The notes under the pieces: generated by a model
The model's input: only the letters and a program-made list of their open reading frames with translations
Database searches by the model: none
What the model was told of the DNA's origin: nothing
Program-made: the position numbers and the translations under genes
Part shown: piece by piece, positions 40,993 to 50,639 of the stretch
Layout of the letters: the number at the start of each line of letters is the position of its first letter
How positions within the stretch are numbered: position 1 is the stretch's first letter
DNA from: Thermodesulfobacteriota bacterium
GTDB lineage: Bacteria; Desulfobacterota; Binatia; Bin18
Assembly (NCBI GenBank): GCA_964291405.2
Contig: OZ219926.1
Span: forward strand, 1,504,001-1,568,000
Length of the DNA stretch: 64,000 nucleotides
Direction: 5' to 3'

Positions 40993-41451
40993 ATGCACAT
41001 CTCGGGAATGATGCACGTCAATGTCAACTGTCGTGACTATGAGCGTTCGCGTCAGTTTTACGAGTTGCTCGGGTTCAAGGTCATGTGGGAAGTACCGGAG
41101 CGGAACACCCCGGAAGTGGCGGCCGCGGTCGGCATGCCACCGTATCTTGTACGGGGTGCCTTGCTCCAGCTAGAGAGCTCACCCACCACACCGCTTATCG
41201 ATCTCTTGGAATGGAAAGAGCCCCGGGACAACGACCCGCCATACCCGCATCTGTACCACCTCGGTATCGCTCGGATTGCTCTGCTCACCACAAATCTTGA
41301 TGCTGATGTTCAAACTCTGAAAGAGCACGGAGTCGAGTTTATCTCCAAGCCCGTCCTGCTCGATCCCCCTGACGCTCCGAGTGCGCGCTTTGTGTGCTTC
41401 AAAGACCCGGACGGCACCGTGCTGGAGCTGGTTGAGATGGAAGGACCCTAG
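40993..41451 (+). CDS. VOC/glyoxalase family protein
   Basis: HVNVNCRDYERSRQFY, IDLLEW, FKDPDGTVLELVE. Confidence 0.88.
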   Translation: MHISGMMHVNVNCRDYERSRQFYELLGFKVMWEVPERNTPEVAAAVGMPPYLVRGALLQLESSPTTPLIDLLEWKEPRDNDPPYPHLYHLGIARIALLTTNLDADVQTLKEHGVEFISKPVLLDPPDAPSARFVCFKDPDGTVLELVEMEGP

Positions 41452-41452
41452 A

Positions 41453-41962
41453 TTACCACGGTCGCCGGAACTCGCACTTGGGCAGCTTTGCCTGAAGCGC
41501 ATCTATGCCGCCGCGACTGGCCAGCGTGCTGCGCAGATTGAGCACGCGCAGCCCGCTCAGGCTTTGCAGGTGAACCAAGCCGGCGTCGCTGATCCGAGTG
41601 TCGTACAGCCACAGCACGCGCAGCCCGGTCAAATGGGCCAGATGGGCCAGACTGTCGTTATTTACCCGCGAGGCCGAGAGTTGCAGATATTGAATAGCGT
41701 GGGCGGGAATAGCGCGAAACGGCGAAAGATCGGTGGATGCCTGCGGGTTGACGTTGAGCCGGAGTTCTTTGCCGGCGGGAATGGCAAGACCCCCCTGTGC
41801 CCGACCAATCGGCTCCCAGAAGGCATAATCATCCGCGCGATGCACGCCATCCCGAACGAACAGCTCTCCCATGGAGCGGCCGGTGGGGAAGTGGAGGTCG
41901 CGGGCTGGTAGGCTGAGATGTTCTTCGGCGCTACCGTTGTTCATATCGGTCATGCCCGTCAC
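41453..41962 (-). CDS. Short leucine-rich-repeat protein
   Basis: 24-residue repeats LTGLRVLWLYDTRISDAGLVHL / LSGLRVLNLRST, cap LQAKLPKCE. Confidence 0.75.
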   Translation of the reverse strand: MTGMTDMNNGSAEEHLSLPARDLHFPTGRSMGELFVRDGVHRADDYAFWEPIGRAQGGLAIPAGKELRLNVNPQASTDLSPFRAIPAHAIQYLQLSASRVNNDSLAHLAHLTGLRVLWLYDTRISDAGLVHLQSLSGLRVLNLRSTLASRGGIDALQAKLPKCEFRRPW

Positions 41963-41992
41963 GGCCGGAATACTCTCTGTCTCAAGGCCCGG

Positions 41993-42988
41993 TCAGGCAT
42001 TCACATCAATGACAACACGGCCACGGACCTGCCCACGTAAAATCTGCGGGGCCAGCTCCAACACCTTTGACATGGGTTCCACCATGGTCATGGCGTCCAG
42101 CTTGTCTAGCGGCAGGTCCTGGGCGAGACGATCCCAGGCCGTTTGCCGTTTGGGGTTGGGACACATTACGGAGTCCACCCCGATCAAACTGACGTTCCGC
42201 AAAATGAACGGCAGAACCGAGGTCGGCAGATCAGCCCCCCCGGCCAGACCACAGGCCGCCACCGCCCCACCATAACAGGTCCCTCGCAGGACCGAGGCCA
42301 AAGTCTGCCCGCCCACGGAATCGACGCCGCCCGCCCAACGTTCGGCGTCCAAAGGGCGGCCCGAGGGCTCGGCGAGTTCTGCCCGTTCAACAATGGTCGA
42401 GGCGCCCAGACCGGTGAGATAGTCGCTCAGTTCCGGCCGGCCAGTTGACGCGGCCACTGTATAGCCAAGCTTGGATAACACGGCGACCGCTACGCTACCG
42501 ACGCCGCCTGCGGCACCGGTCACAATTACTTCTTCCTCTCCGGGTGTTACGCCCATGCGTTCCAGGTCCAGGATGCAGAGCATGGCGGTATAGCCGGCCG
42601 TACCCACGGCCATGGCTTGTTTGAGGCTGAAGGCGTCAGGCACGCGCGTCAGCCATTCGGATTTGACCCGCTGTTTCTGAGCATAGCCGCCGCCGTGGCT
42701 CATGCTGAGTTCCCAGCCGGTGATCAGGACCCTATCTCCGGGCTGATAAGCCGGCGAACTGGAAGACTCGACCGTCCCGGCCAGGTCGATCCCGCCAATC
42801 ATGGGATAGGTACGCGCAATGGGCGCGGTCCCGGTGACGGCCAGGCCGTCTTTGTAGTTCAGCGTGGAATAGGCAACGTTGACGGTCACATCTCCGGCTG
42901 GCAGATCGTCCAGCGTGATTTCCTTCAGCTCGGACGAGATTTTTTTCTCAACCCTGTTGATAACAATCGCGTGTATGGCTTCCCCCAT
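41993..42988 (-). CDS. acuI: Acrylyl-CoA reductase AcuI/YhdH family (MDR)
   Basis: YSTLNYKDGLA, GIDLAGTV, GTAGYTAML, TGAAGGVGS, PFILRNVSLIGVDSV; start re-assigned to ATG 42988. Confidence 0.88.
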   Translation of the reverse strand: MGEAIHAIVINRVEKKISSELKEITLDDLPAGDVTVNVAYSTLNYKDGLAVTGTAPIARTYPMIGGIDLAGTVESSSSPAYQPGDRVLITGWELSMSHGGGYAQKQRVKSEWLTRVPDAFSLKQAMAVGTAGYTAMLCILDLERMGVTPGEEEVIVTGAAGGVGSVAVAVLSKLGYTVAASTGRPELSDYLTGLGASTIVERAELAEPSGRPLDAERWAGGVDSVGGQTLASVLRGTCYGGAVAACGLAGGADLPTSVLPFILRNVSLIGVDSVMCPNPKRQTAWDRLAQDLPLDKLDAMTMVEPMSKVLELAPQILRGQVRGRVVIDVNA

Positions 42989-43100
42989 GCGTTTCAACTC
43001 CTCACGATGGCTATTTATGAATACAGAGGGGCAGGATAGCCAGCCTGCGGAGAAAAGGCTACACCCCGTATCCGGCAGAGGCGCCAAGGAAGGCAATAGC

Positions 43101-43679
43101 CTAGAATGAGGAGCCGAACTGCTTGAGAAACTCCAACTCCGCCGGTGTTGAAGCCCGGCCCAGAACAGTGTTGCGGTGGGGAAACCGCCCGAAGCGATCA
43201 ATCACCTCCTGATGTCTGACCGCATAGGAAGTATCAAAATAGGCGCGCACTTCGGCGAGCTGCTGAAAGAGCATGACCGAGCGCTGCTGATGGGCGCGAT
43301 CCTCGCTATGCATAAAGGGAACGTACACGAAATAGCGCTCGACCAGACGCAACTGCCGGTCAAGCCCCGCGTCGATCATTTGCTCCGCTATCTGCCGTGC
43401 CAACGGGTCGGTCGCAAAGGCGCGCGGGTCGTTGCGGAACATGTTGCGGGGAAACTGATCCAGGACCAGGATAAGTGCCACACCGCCCCGCGCCGTCTCC
43501 GTCCAGTGGGTCAGTTGACCTTGAGCGGCCAGCTCATAGTCGGCCTGGAAACGCTGGACGATCTCCCGGTCGAAGTCGGCATTCTGAACAAACCAGCGCG
43601 GGGCGTATTCTTCAAAATAAGACGGCTCGTCCCGGACTTCGCCAAACCAGAAGGTCAGGATTTCTTCGATATCGGCCAT
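43101..43679 (-). CDS. DUF924 family protein
   Basis: ILTFWFG, LDQFPRNMFR, PFMHSE, RFGRFPHRN..LGRASTPAE. Confidence 0.9.
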   Translation of the reverse strand: MADIEEILTFWFGEVRDEPSYFEEYAPRWFVQNADFDREIVQRFQADYELAAQGQLTHWTETARGGVALILVLDQFPRNMFRNDPRAFATDPLARQIAEQMIDAGLDRQLRLVERYFVYVPFMHSEDRAHQQRSVMLFQQLAEVRAYFDTSYAVRHQEVIDRFGRFPHRNTVLGRASTPAELEFLKQFGSSF

Positions 43680-43746
43680 GCGCGGACCGTCCCGGCAAGG
43701 AGTGCAGACCGGGGCGAGCCCGAACGGCCCGCCCCAGTTCTAAGGG

Positions 43747-45381
43747 TTAAATTGCCCGGTAAGCGGCAAACGACTGCGTTGACGACCGCGCGTTGGGGTC
43801 GGTTATCACATTGATCACCGCCGGCTTGCCCGAGGCAATGGCACGCTCAAGTGCCGGCCGAATGTCTTCCGGCCTTTCGACAAACTCACCGTGCGCTCCG
43901 AACACCTTGGCCATCTCATCATACCGGCTGAAGCCCAGGTCGCGTCCGGCGTTCATCACCCCCGCGCCGGCCCAGCCGCCATTATTGCTGATGACGATGA
44001 TGGCCGGGATGTTCTTGCGGACCATGGTGTCGATTTCCATGCCGTTCATGCCAAACGAACCGTCTCCGCTGAGGACAATGACCTGCGTGTCCGGTTTGGC
44101 CACTTTTGCGCCGAGTCCGAACGGCACGGCCACGCCCATACAGCCGTTCGGGCCGGCGTTGACCCGGTGGCCGGGAGCGTTGGTCGGCACCGACTGGCGC
44201 GCAAAATTGAGAATCTCGTGGCCGTCGACGACAATAATGGCGTCGCGGTCCATAAAGTCACGGACCTCTTTGCACAGCCGTAGGGGGTGCATGGGAGACG
44301 ATTCCGCCTGCATGATGGCGCTCATCTTTTCCTGGGAACGTTGGTCATGGCCGCGCAGCGTATCGATCCAGGCCAGCTCGTCCCGGCCCCGGAAAGAGTC
44401 GCTGGCCTCGTCTATCAGTTGACGTAAGACCATCTTGGCGTCACCCACGATACCGACATCAACCGCGCGGTTGCGACCGATCTCTTCATCCGCGATATCG
44501 ACCTGGATCATTTTGACATCTTCCGCAAAACGCGGCGCCTGCCCGAAACCCAGAATGAAGTTGAGGCGCGTGCCCACAATCAGCACCACGTCGGCCTCTT
44601 TCCAGGCCCGGTTACGCGCGCCCAGAAAGCTCAGGGCATGGTCCTCAGGAATAACACCACGACCCTGTGGGGTGGTGTAAAAGGGGATGCCGGTCGTTTC
44701 CACAAACTCCTGGAGTTCCTGCATCGCTCCCGACCACATGATACCGGTCCCGGTAATGACCAAGGGCCGCTCGGCCGCCTTCAGCAGCGCCACTGCCTCC
44801 TTGACCAAGGCCGGATCACCGGCCACCCGCGGGACTTGGTGAGGACGCTTGGGAAACGTGACTTCCTCTTCTTCAACCACCCGGTAGAGGACGTCGCCCG
44901 GCAGGTCGACATAGACCGGACCCGGCTGACCGCTGGTGGCCACACGAAAGGCTTTATTGATGATTTCCGGAATGCGACGCGCGTCTTTGACCCGCTCGGA
45001 CATTTTGGTGATCGGCTTGAACATGCCGACCTGATCCATCTCCTGGAATGCGCCCATGCCGTCCTGGGAAATGGCACTCGCTCCGCCCAGAGCAACGACC
45101 GGAACGGCGTCCAGATACGCATTGCCCACACCTGTAATCAGATTCGTGACACCGGGGCCGGAGGCGGCAAAGCACACTCCCGGCTTGCCCAGCACCCGAC
45201 TATAGGCGTGGGCCGCCATGGAAGCCCCTTGCTCGTGACGCACATCGACCGAGTTAAATCCAATCTCAATACATTTGGAGGCCACATCGACCATCGGCCC
45301 GCCGGTGATGTAGAAAACGGTATCCACGCCTTCGTCTTTGAGCGACTTGACGACCAATGAGTTGCCATCAACTTTTGCCAT
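43747..45381 (-). CDS. TPP-dependent enzyme, 2-hydroxyacyl-CoA lyase/oxalyl-CoA decarboxylase-like
   Basis: VRHEQGA, SGPGVTN, GAFQEMDQ, GDGSFG...NNG TPP motif; start ATG 45381. Confidence 0.85.
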   Translation of the reverse strand: MAKVDGNSLVVKSLKDEGVDTVFYITGGPMVDVASKCIEIGFNSVDVRHEQGASMAAHAYSRVLGKPGVCFAASGPGVTNLITGVGNAYLDAVPVVALGGASAISQDGMGAFQEMDQVGMFKPITKMSERVKDARRIPEIINKAFRVATSGQPGPVYVDLPGDVLYRVVEEEEVTFPKRPHQVPRVAGDPALVKEAVALLKAAERPLVITGTGIMWSGAMQELQEFVETTGIPFYTTPQGRGVIPEDHALSFLGARNRAWKEADVVLIVGTRLNFILGFGQAPRFAEDVKMIQVDIADEEIGRNRAVDVGIVGDAKMVLRQLIDEASDSFRGRDELAWIDTLRGHDQRSQEKMSAIMQAESSPMHPLRLCKEVRDFMDRDAIIVVDGHEILNFARQSVPTNAPGHRVNAGPNGCMGVAVPFGLGAKVAKPDTQVIVLSGDGSFGMNGMEIDTMVRKNIPAIIVISNNGGWAGAGVMNAGRDLGFSRYDEMAKVFGAHGEFVERPEDIRPALERAIASGKPAVINVITDPNARSSTQSFAAYRAI

Positions 45382-45481
45382 ACTTTCCTCCCTTTTCTTC
45401 TGATTTTTTCTAGGTTCATCCCGTGTGACCGGGCATATTATCCTTAGTGCGTACGAAAATGCCAGAGGCAGGCTCTGCATA

Positions 45482-46348
45482 TCACACTCGCACCACAAGC
45501 CGCCCCTCAGCCCGCAAGGCCACACTCATCGATTTCGTATTATAGACAACACCACTCCGGCCAAAGGGATCGAGCAGAATCAGACCGGCCTCTCCCCGTG
45601 TCTGTCGTGTAAGGCGAGCCAGAGCAGCGCGAGCGGCTTGCGCGGTATCCTTCCCACCGCGCAGCAATTCCACCGCCGTGCGGGCGAGAGTCGCCCGAAT
45701 AATGTCCTCGCCATCGCCTGTTGCCGAGCACGCGCCAATTGCACTGTCCGCATACGTCCCGGCCCCAATGACGGCAGAGTCGCCCACACGGCCGGAGCGC
45801 TTGCCCATCAAGCCGCCGGTTGAGGTTGCCGCCGCCAGCCCGCCAGACGAATCCAGGGCAACCGCGCCAACCGTCCCAGGTTCGCCTGTGGTTTGTCGCG
45901 CCTGCCAGCGCTGGTACTGGCGGGTGGTAATCAATTCGTCCCCCGTGGCGGGCGGCAGCCCGTGCTCTCGTGCGAATCGTTCGGCCCCATCGCCGACCAG
46001 AAATACGTGTCGCCCGTCCTTCATGACAGCCCGAGCAAGTTGGATGGTATTCTTGATATTCCTGACCGCCCCCACAGCGCCAGTCTGAAATGTGGAGCCG
46101 TCCATGAGGGAAGCGTCAACTTCAACGGTCCCATCTTCCGTCAGGCAGGAGCCAAGGCCGGCGTTGAAGAGAGGGTGGTCTTCGAGGGTCACGGTGGCTT
46201 GCACAACCGTATCGAGGGCAGTCCCGCCCCGAACAAGAATATCCCAACCTGCGGCAAAGGCAGCCTCCAGCCCTGATCGGCGCTCGGCTTGTAGTGCAGG
46301 TGGCGTCGCAGCTCCGGCGCCACCGTGGACGATCAGAGCGGGGGTCAT
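45482..46348 (-). CDS. iaaA: Isoaspartyl peptidase/L-asparaginase (Ntn hydrolase)
   Basis: VHGGAG, FNAGLGS, GTVGAVA, ATSTGG, GRVGDS, TGDGE. Confidence 0.9.
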   Translation of the reverse strand: MTPALIVHGGAGAATPPALQAERRSGLEAAFAAGWDILVRGGTALDTVVQATVTLEDHPLFNAGLGSCLTEDGTVEVDASLMDGSTFQTGAVGAVRNIKNTIQLARAVMKDGRHVFLVGDGAERFAREHGLPPATGDELITTRQYQRWQARQTTGEPGTVGAVALDSSGGLAAATSTGGLMGKRSGRVGDSAVIGAGTYADSAIGACSATGDGEDIIRATLARTAVELLRGGKDTAQAARAALARLTRQTRGEAGLILLDPFGRSGVVYNTKSMSVALRAEGRLVVRV

Positions 46349-46380
46349 GGCAGAAAAGGGCGAACGCTACGGGCAGCCGC

Positions 46381-47523
46381 CTACAAGTCCAGCGTCTGGG
46401 CCACTACTTCACGGTGGGTCGGGGCGCTGCCGAAGGCGGCTTCGGATGCCAGGCCGCGGCGATAAAAGAGGTGCATATCGTGCTCCCAGGTAAACCCGAT
46501 GCCGCCATGAACCTGAATGGCCTCACTGGTCACCGTCTTGCACATATCGCTGCAATACGCCTTGGCCATGGGTACGGCCTGGGATGCTTCGTCCACATTC
46601 TCATCGACCGTCCAGGCCGCGTAATAGGTCAGTGAGCGCGCGTTTTCGACCTGGACCATCATATCCACACATTTGTGCTTGACGGCTTGAAAACTGCCTA
46701 TGGGTTTCCCGAACTGCACCCGCTCCTTGGCGTATTCAACGGCCATATCCAGCGCCTGCTGTCCGGTCCCGACCATCTCGGTACACAGTCCGGCGATGGC
46801 TTGATCGAGGACGCGCTTGAGAATCGACCAGCCCTGGCCCACCTCGCCAAGAACTTGCGAGCCGGCCACCGCAACATCCTGGAAAGCGACGTGACACTGG
46901 CGGCGGGTCATGTCCACGGTTTTCAGTTGAGTGATCTCGACCCCCGGCGACTTGGCATCGACCAGAAAGAGCGTAATGCCCTCTTCTGCTGGAGTACCGG
47001 GTGAGCCGGTACGTGCAGCAACCACCATCTGATCGGCAACATGCGCATCCGGCACAAAGAGTTTTTCCCCGGACAGCACAAAGTCACTGCCCCGCGCCGT
47101 GGCCGGCATACCAATGCCGCCAGCGTCATAGCGGCCGCTCTTTTCGGCCTGGGCCAAGGTCATGACTAATTCACCAGCCGCGACCTGGGGAAGAACGGCA
47201 GCCTTTTGCTCGTCTGAGCCGCCGGCCAGCACGGCCGTGCCGCCCAGGAGCACGGTCGCCAAGAACGGCCCAGGCATCAGAGACCTGCCCATCTCTTCCA
47301 TCACGACAACCAGATCGAGAAAACTCCCGCCAATACCGCCGTGCTCCTCGGGAATCAGAATGCCCACCCAGCCCAACTCGGCGGCTTTTTTCCAGAGTTC
47401 CGTAGCGTGGGCGCTGTCATCTTCCATCATCTTACGCACGAAGGTGGTCGGACACTCCGCGTCCAGGAATTTTCGAGCCGAGTCGCGCAGCAATTCTTGA
47501 TCTTCACTGAAACCGAAATCCAT
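46381..47523 (-). CDS. Acyl-CoA dehydrogenase (probable second subunit of a heteromeric pair)
   Basis: RVQFGKPIGSFQAVKH, QVHGGIGFTWEHD. Confidence 0.9.
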   Translation of the reverse strand: MDFGFSEDQELLRDSARKFLDAECPTTFVRKMMEDDSAHATELWKKAAELGWVGILIPEEHGGIGGSFLDLVVVMEEMGRSLMPGPFLATVLLGGTAVLAGGSDEQKAAVLPQVAAGELVMTLAQAEKSGRYDAGGIGMPATARGSDFVLSGEKLFVPDAHVADQMVVAARTGSPGTPAEEGITLFLVDAKSPGVEITQLKTVDMTRRQCHVAFQDVAVAGSQVLGEVGQGWSILKRVLDQAIAGLCTEMVGTGQQALDMAVEYAKERVQFGKPIGSFQAVKHKCVDMMVQVENARSLTYYAAWTVDENVDEASQAVPMAKAYCSDMCKTVTSEAIQVHGGIGFTWEHDMHLFYRRGLASEAAFGSAPTHREVVAQTLDL

Positions 47524-47532
47524 GCTTCCCCC

Positions 47533-48717
47533 TTATCCCTTTGGTAACCGCAGGACGCGCTCGCCAACGATGTTGCGCATGATCTCTGAGGTCCCACCGG
47601 CAATCGTGTACAGGCGGGAGCCTAAGGCGCGGCGCGCCCAAAAACCGTTATCGATACCCTGAGATTCCCCCAAGGCGCACTGACTGTACGGACCCAACAG
47701 CTCCATCGCAAAATGCGCCATACGGATATACAGCTCACTCCCGGCCAGCTTGCTGATCGATCCTTCCGGTCCCGGCGGGTTGCCGCGTAACTGTTGGGTC
47801 AGTTGCCGATAGCCGTTGAACTTGAGCGCCTGGATTTCAACATGAAAGGCTGCCAGCTTTTGGCGTACATCCGGGTCATCGATTGCCGGTTGGCCGTTGA
47901 CTTCCAGGTCTTTGAGACCCGCCTTCAATCTGTCCAGCATGGGCTCCAGGTTGTAGACCATGCCAAAGTTCGCCCGCTCGAACATAAGCGTGGTAATCGC
48001 GACCTGCCAGCCGTTATTCCGTTCGCCGACCAGATTGGCTTTGGGCACCCGGACATCCTCGAAGAAGACCTCGTTGAATTCCGCATCGCCGGAGATTTGG
48101 ACCAAGGGCCGGACCGTCACCCCAGGCGAATGCATATCCACCAGGAGATAGGACAACCCTTTGTGCTTGGGGGCGTCTGGGTCGGTCCGCGCCACAAGAA
48201 TGCAGTAGTCGGCTTTGTGGGCAAAGCTCGTCCAGACTTTCTGGCCGTTCACGACAAAGTCGTCACCATCATCCACCGCCCGCGTCTGGAGGGAGGCCAG
48301 GTCCGAGCCGGAGCCCGGTTCGGAATAGCCCTGACACCATAATTCCTCAGCGCTGAGTATCCTGGGGACAAAACGCTCTTTCTGCTCCTCCGTTCCCCAG
48401 TGCATCAAGGTCGGGCCGACCAGCGAGATACCAAGCGGATTGGCTAGTCCGGGCGCGTGCACCCGGGCCATCTCCTGCTGGTAGATGGTCTGCTCCATGA
48501 TCGTAGCGCCCCGACCGCCATACTCCTTGGGCCAATGAATGCCGACCCAGCCCGCGCCATGCAGCTTCTTCTGCCAGTCGAACTTGATCTGAAAGCGCTC
48601 TTCCTGGTCGATAATCTCAAAGGTCTCCGGGTCGTAGTTGTCCGCCGGATTAGCTTCGAGCCACGAGCGTAGCTCCTGCCGAAACGCGTCTTCTTGCGGA
48701 GAATAGTCAAAGTCCAC
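47533..48717 (-). CDS. Acyl-CoA dehydrogenase (probable catalytic subunit of a heteromeric pair)
   Basis: WCQGYSEPGSGSDLASL, NGQKVWTS, FNEVFF, TIAGGTSEIMRN. Confidence 0.92.
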   Translation of the reverse strand: MDFDYSPQEDAFRQELRSWLEANPADNYDPETFEIIDQEERFQIKFDWQKKLHGAGWVGIHWPKEYGGRGATIMEQTIYQQEMARVHAPGLANPLGISLVGPTLMHWGTEEQKERFVPRILSAEELWCQGYSEPGSGSDLASLQTRAVDDGDDFVVNGQKVWTSFAHKADYCILVARTDPDAPKHKGLSYLLVDMHSPGVTVRPLVQISGDAEFNEVFFEDVRVPKANLVGERNNGWQVAITTLMFERANFGMVYNLEPMLDRLKAGLKDLEVNGQPAIDDPDVRQKLAAFHVEIQALKFNGYRQLTQQLRGNPPGPEGSISKLAGSELYIRMAHFAMELLGPYSQCALGESQGIDNGFWARRALGSRLYTIAGGTSEIMRNIVGERVLRLPKG

Positions 48718-48875
48718 GCCGTACTCCTGTCGCGGAAAAGTATCGCGCGCGAATTATAGTTTTTGGTCAGGAGAAAGGAAAGGGGTCAAGGCGAAAGGCT
48801 GCGCCCGGCTTGACACCCGGCCCGTGTGCTGACTAATTGAGCCCGACATCTTTCTCTAGCTGATCGGGGGTTCGG

Positions 48876-50594
48876 GTGCGCTATCGCCAAACATTCATCC
48901 CAACATTACGTGAAGACCCGACTGAGGCCGAAGTCATCAGCCACAAGCTCTTACTGCGCGCCGGTATGATGCGCCAGGTGGCGCGCGGCGTGTATGACTT
49001 TCTGCCGCTCGGGTTGCGCGTTGTGCGGAAAGTCGAAAACATTGTACGCGAAGAAATGAACCGCGCGGGGGCCCAGGAAATCCTCATGCCGGCCGTCTGT
49101 CCGGCGGAACTCTGGCAGGAGAGTGGTCGCTGGGATGTATACGGCAGAGAGCTGCTGCGCATCAAAGATCGGCACGACCGGGATTTTTGCTTTGGGCCGA
49201 CCCATGAGGAGGTCGTGACCGATATCGTCCGGCGGGAGGTCCGGTCGTACCGAGACCTGCCACTCAATTTGTATCAGATTCAGACCAAGTTTCGAGATGA
49301 AGTCCGGCCTCGCTTTGGCTTGATGCGCGGCCGCGAATTTATCATGAAAGACGCCTATTCCTTTCATACCGATCTGGAGGACTGCCAGCGCGAATACCGC
49401 AATATGTACGACGCCTACCGGCGGGTCTTTGATCGGTGTGGGCTAACCTCCCGTCCGGTGGAGGCGGATACTGGAGCCATCGGGGGCAGTCTGTCGCATG
49501 AGTTCCAGGTGCTGGCGGAGTCCGGCGAAGACGCCATTGTCAGTTGTGACTCGTGTGATTATGCCGCCAATGTGGAAAAAGCCGAACTCGCCCCACCGCC
49601 GCCTCCATCAGATACGCGCGAAGCGGCGCTCACCCGAGTCGAGACGCCAGACCAACGGACCATCGAGGAAGTCTCGACCTTCCTGGGCGAGCCCCCAGAG
49701 CGCTTCGTCAAGACCCTGCTCTACGAGACCGATACGGGCGCGGTGGTCGCCGCCCTGGTACGGGGAGACCACGAGCTCAGCGAGCCTAAGCTGAAAAACC
49801 TGCTCGGCTGTGAGTGGGTCGCGCTCGCGGATGAAGAAACCGTCCAAAAGGTGACCGGTGCTCCAACCGGTTTTGCCGGACCAATACAGCTCAAGGCCAA
49901 GCTTATCAGCGACCAGACTCTGCGGGGTGCAAGAGGCCTGGTGTGTGGTGCAAACGAGCGGGATATGCATATGACCGGGCTTGATATCGAGCGCGACCTG
50001 CCCTCCCTCCAGTTCGCCGACCTGCGCCGGGCAATAGCGGGCGACACCTGCCCGCGCTGTGAGAAAGGGCGGTTTACCGATCATCGCGGTATTGAGGTCG
50101 GTCAGACGTTTTATCTTGGCACGAAGTATAGCCAGGCAATGAATGCAACCTATCTAGATGCCAAAGGCGAACAGCATCCCATGGAAATGGGCTGTTATGG
50201 CATCGGTATCACCCGGACCGTCGCGGCCGCCATTGAGCAGAACCATGATGATGCCGGCATTGTCTGGCCCAAACCGCTCGCTCCCGCAGATATTCATATC
50301 GTGCCGGTCAATTGGAATGACGACACGACCCGGAAGGCGGCGGAAGATGTCTATGCCAAACTCCGGCAGTCCGGGACGGATGTCTTATTTGACGATCGGG
50401 AAGAGCGGCCGGGCGTAAAATTTAAGGACGCTGACCTGCTAGGCATTCCGCTCCGGGCCACTATTGGTGGCAAGTCCTTAGCCCGCGGGGTGATTGAACT
50501 AAAGGACCGCGCGGATGGAGCAATGACGGAAGTCCCGACAGACCGGGCGGTCGAAACCATCCAGCAGGCGCTCAGCAATACGGAGACCGCCTGA
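48876..50594 (+). CDS. proS: Proline--tRNA ligase with editing (INS) domain
   Basis: LWQESGRW, GPTHEE, KFRDEVRPRFGLMRGREF, MGCYGIG. Confidence 0.98.
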   Translation: MRYRQTFIPTLREDPTEAEVISHKLLLRAGMMRQVARGVYDFLPLGLRVVRKVENIVREEMNRAGAQEILMPAVCPAELWQESGRWDVYGRELLRIKDRHDRDFCFGPTHEEVVTDIVRREVRSYRDLPLNLYQIQTKFRDEVRPRFGLMRGREFIMKDAYSFHTDLEDCQREYRNMYDAYRRVFDRCGLTSRPVEADTGAIGGSLSHEFQVLAESGEDAIVSCDSCDYAANVEKAELAPPPPPSDTREAALTRVETPDQRTIEEVSTFLGEPPERFVKTLLYETDTGAVVAALVRGDHELSEPKLKNLLGCEWVALADEETVQKVTGAPTGFAGPIQLKAKLISDQTLRGARGLVCGANERDMHMTGLDIERDLPSLQFADLRRAIAGDTCPRCEKGRFTDHRGIEVGQTFYLGTKYSQAMNATYLDAKGEQHPMEMGCYGIGITRTVAAAIEQNHDDAGIVWPKPLAPADIHIVPVNWNDDTTRKAAEDVYAKLRQSGTDVLFDDREERPGVKFKDADLLGIPLRATIGGKSLARGVIELKDRADGAMTEVPTDRAVETIQQALSNTETA

Positions 50595-50598
50595 GTCT

Positions 50599-50625
50599 GA
50601 GCCTGTCCTGAGCCGAGTCGAAGGG
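50599..50625. repeat. Short REP-like intergenic element
   Basis: GAGCCTGTCCTGAGCCGAGTCGAAGGG resembles, from memory, a widespread CCCTTCGAC..GCTCAGGACAGGC repeat; single copy in this window. Confidence 0.45.
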
Positions 50626-50639
50626 AAGCGCGCAACACG

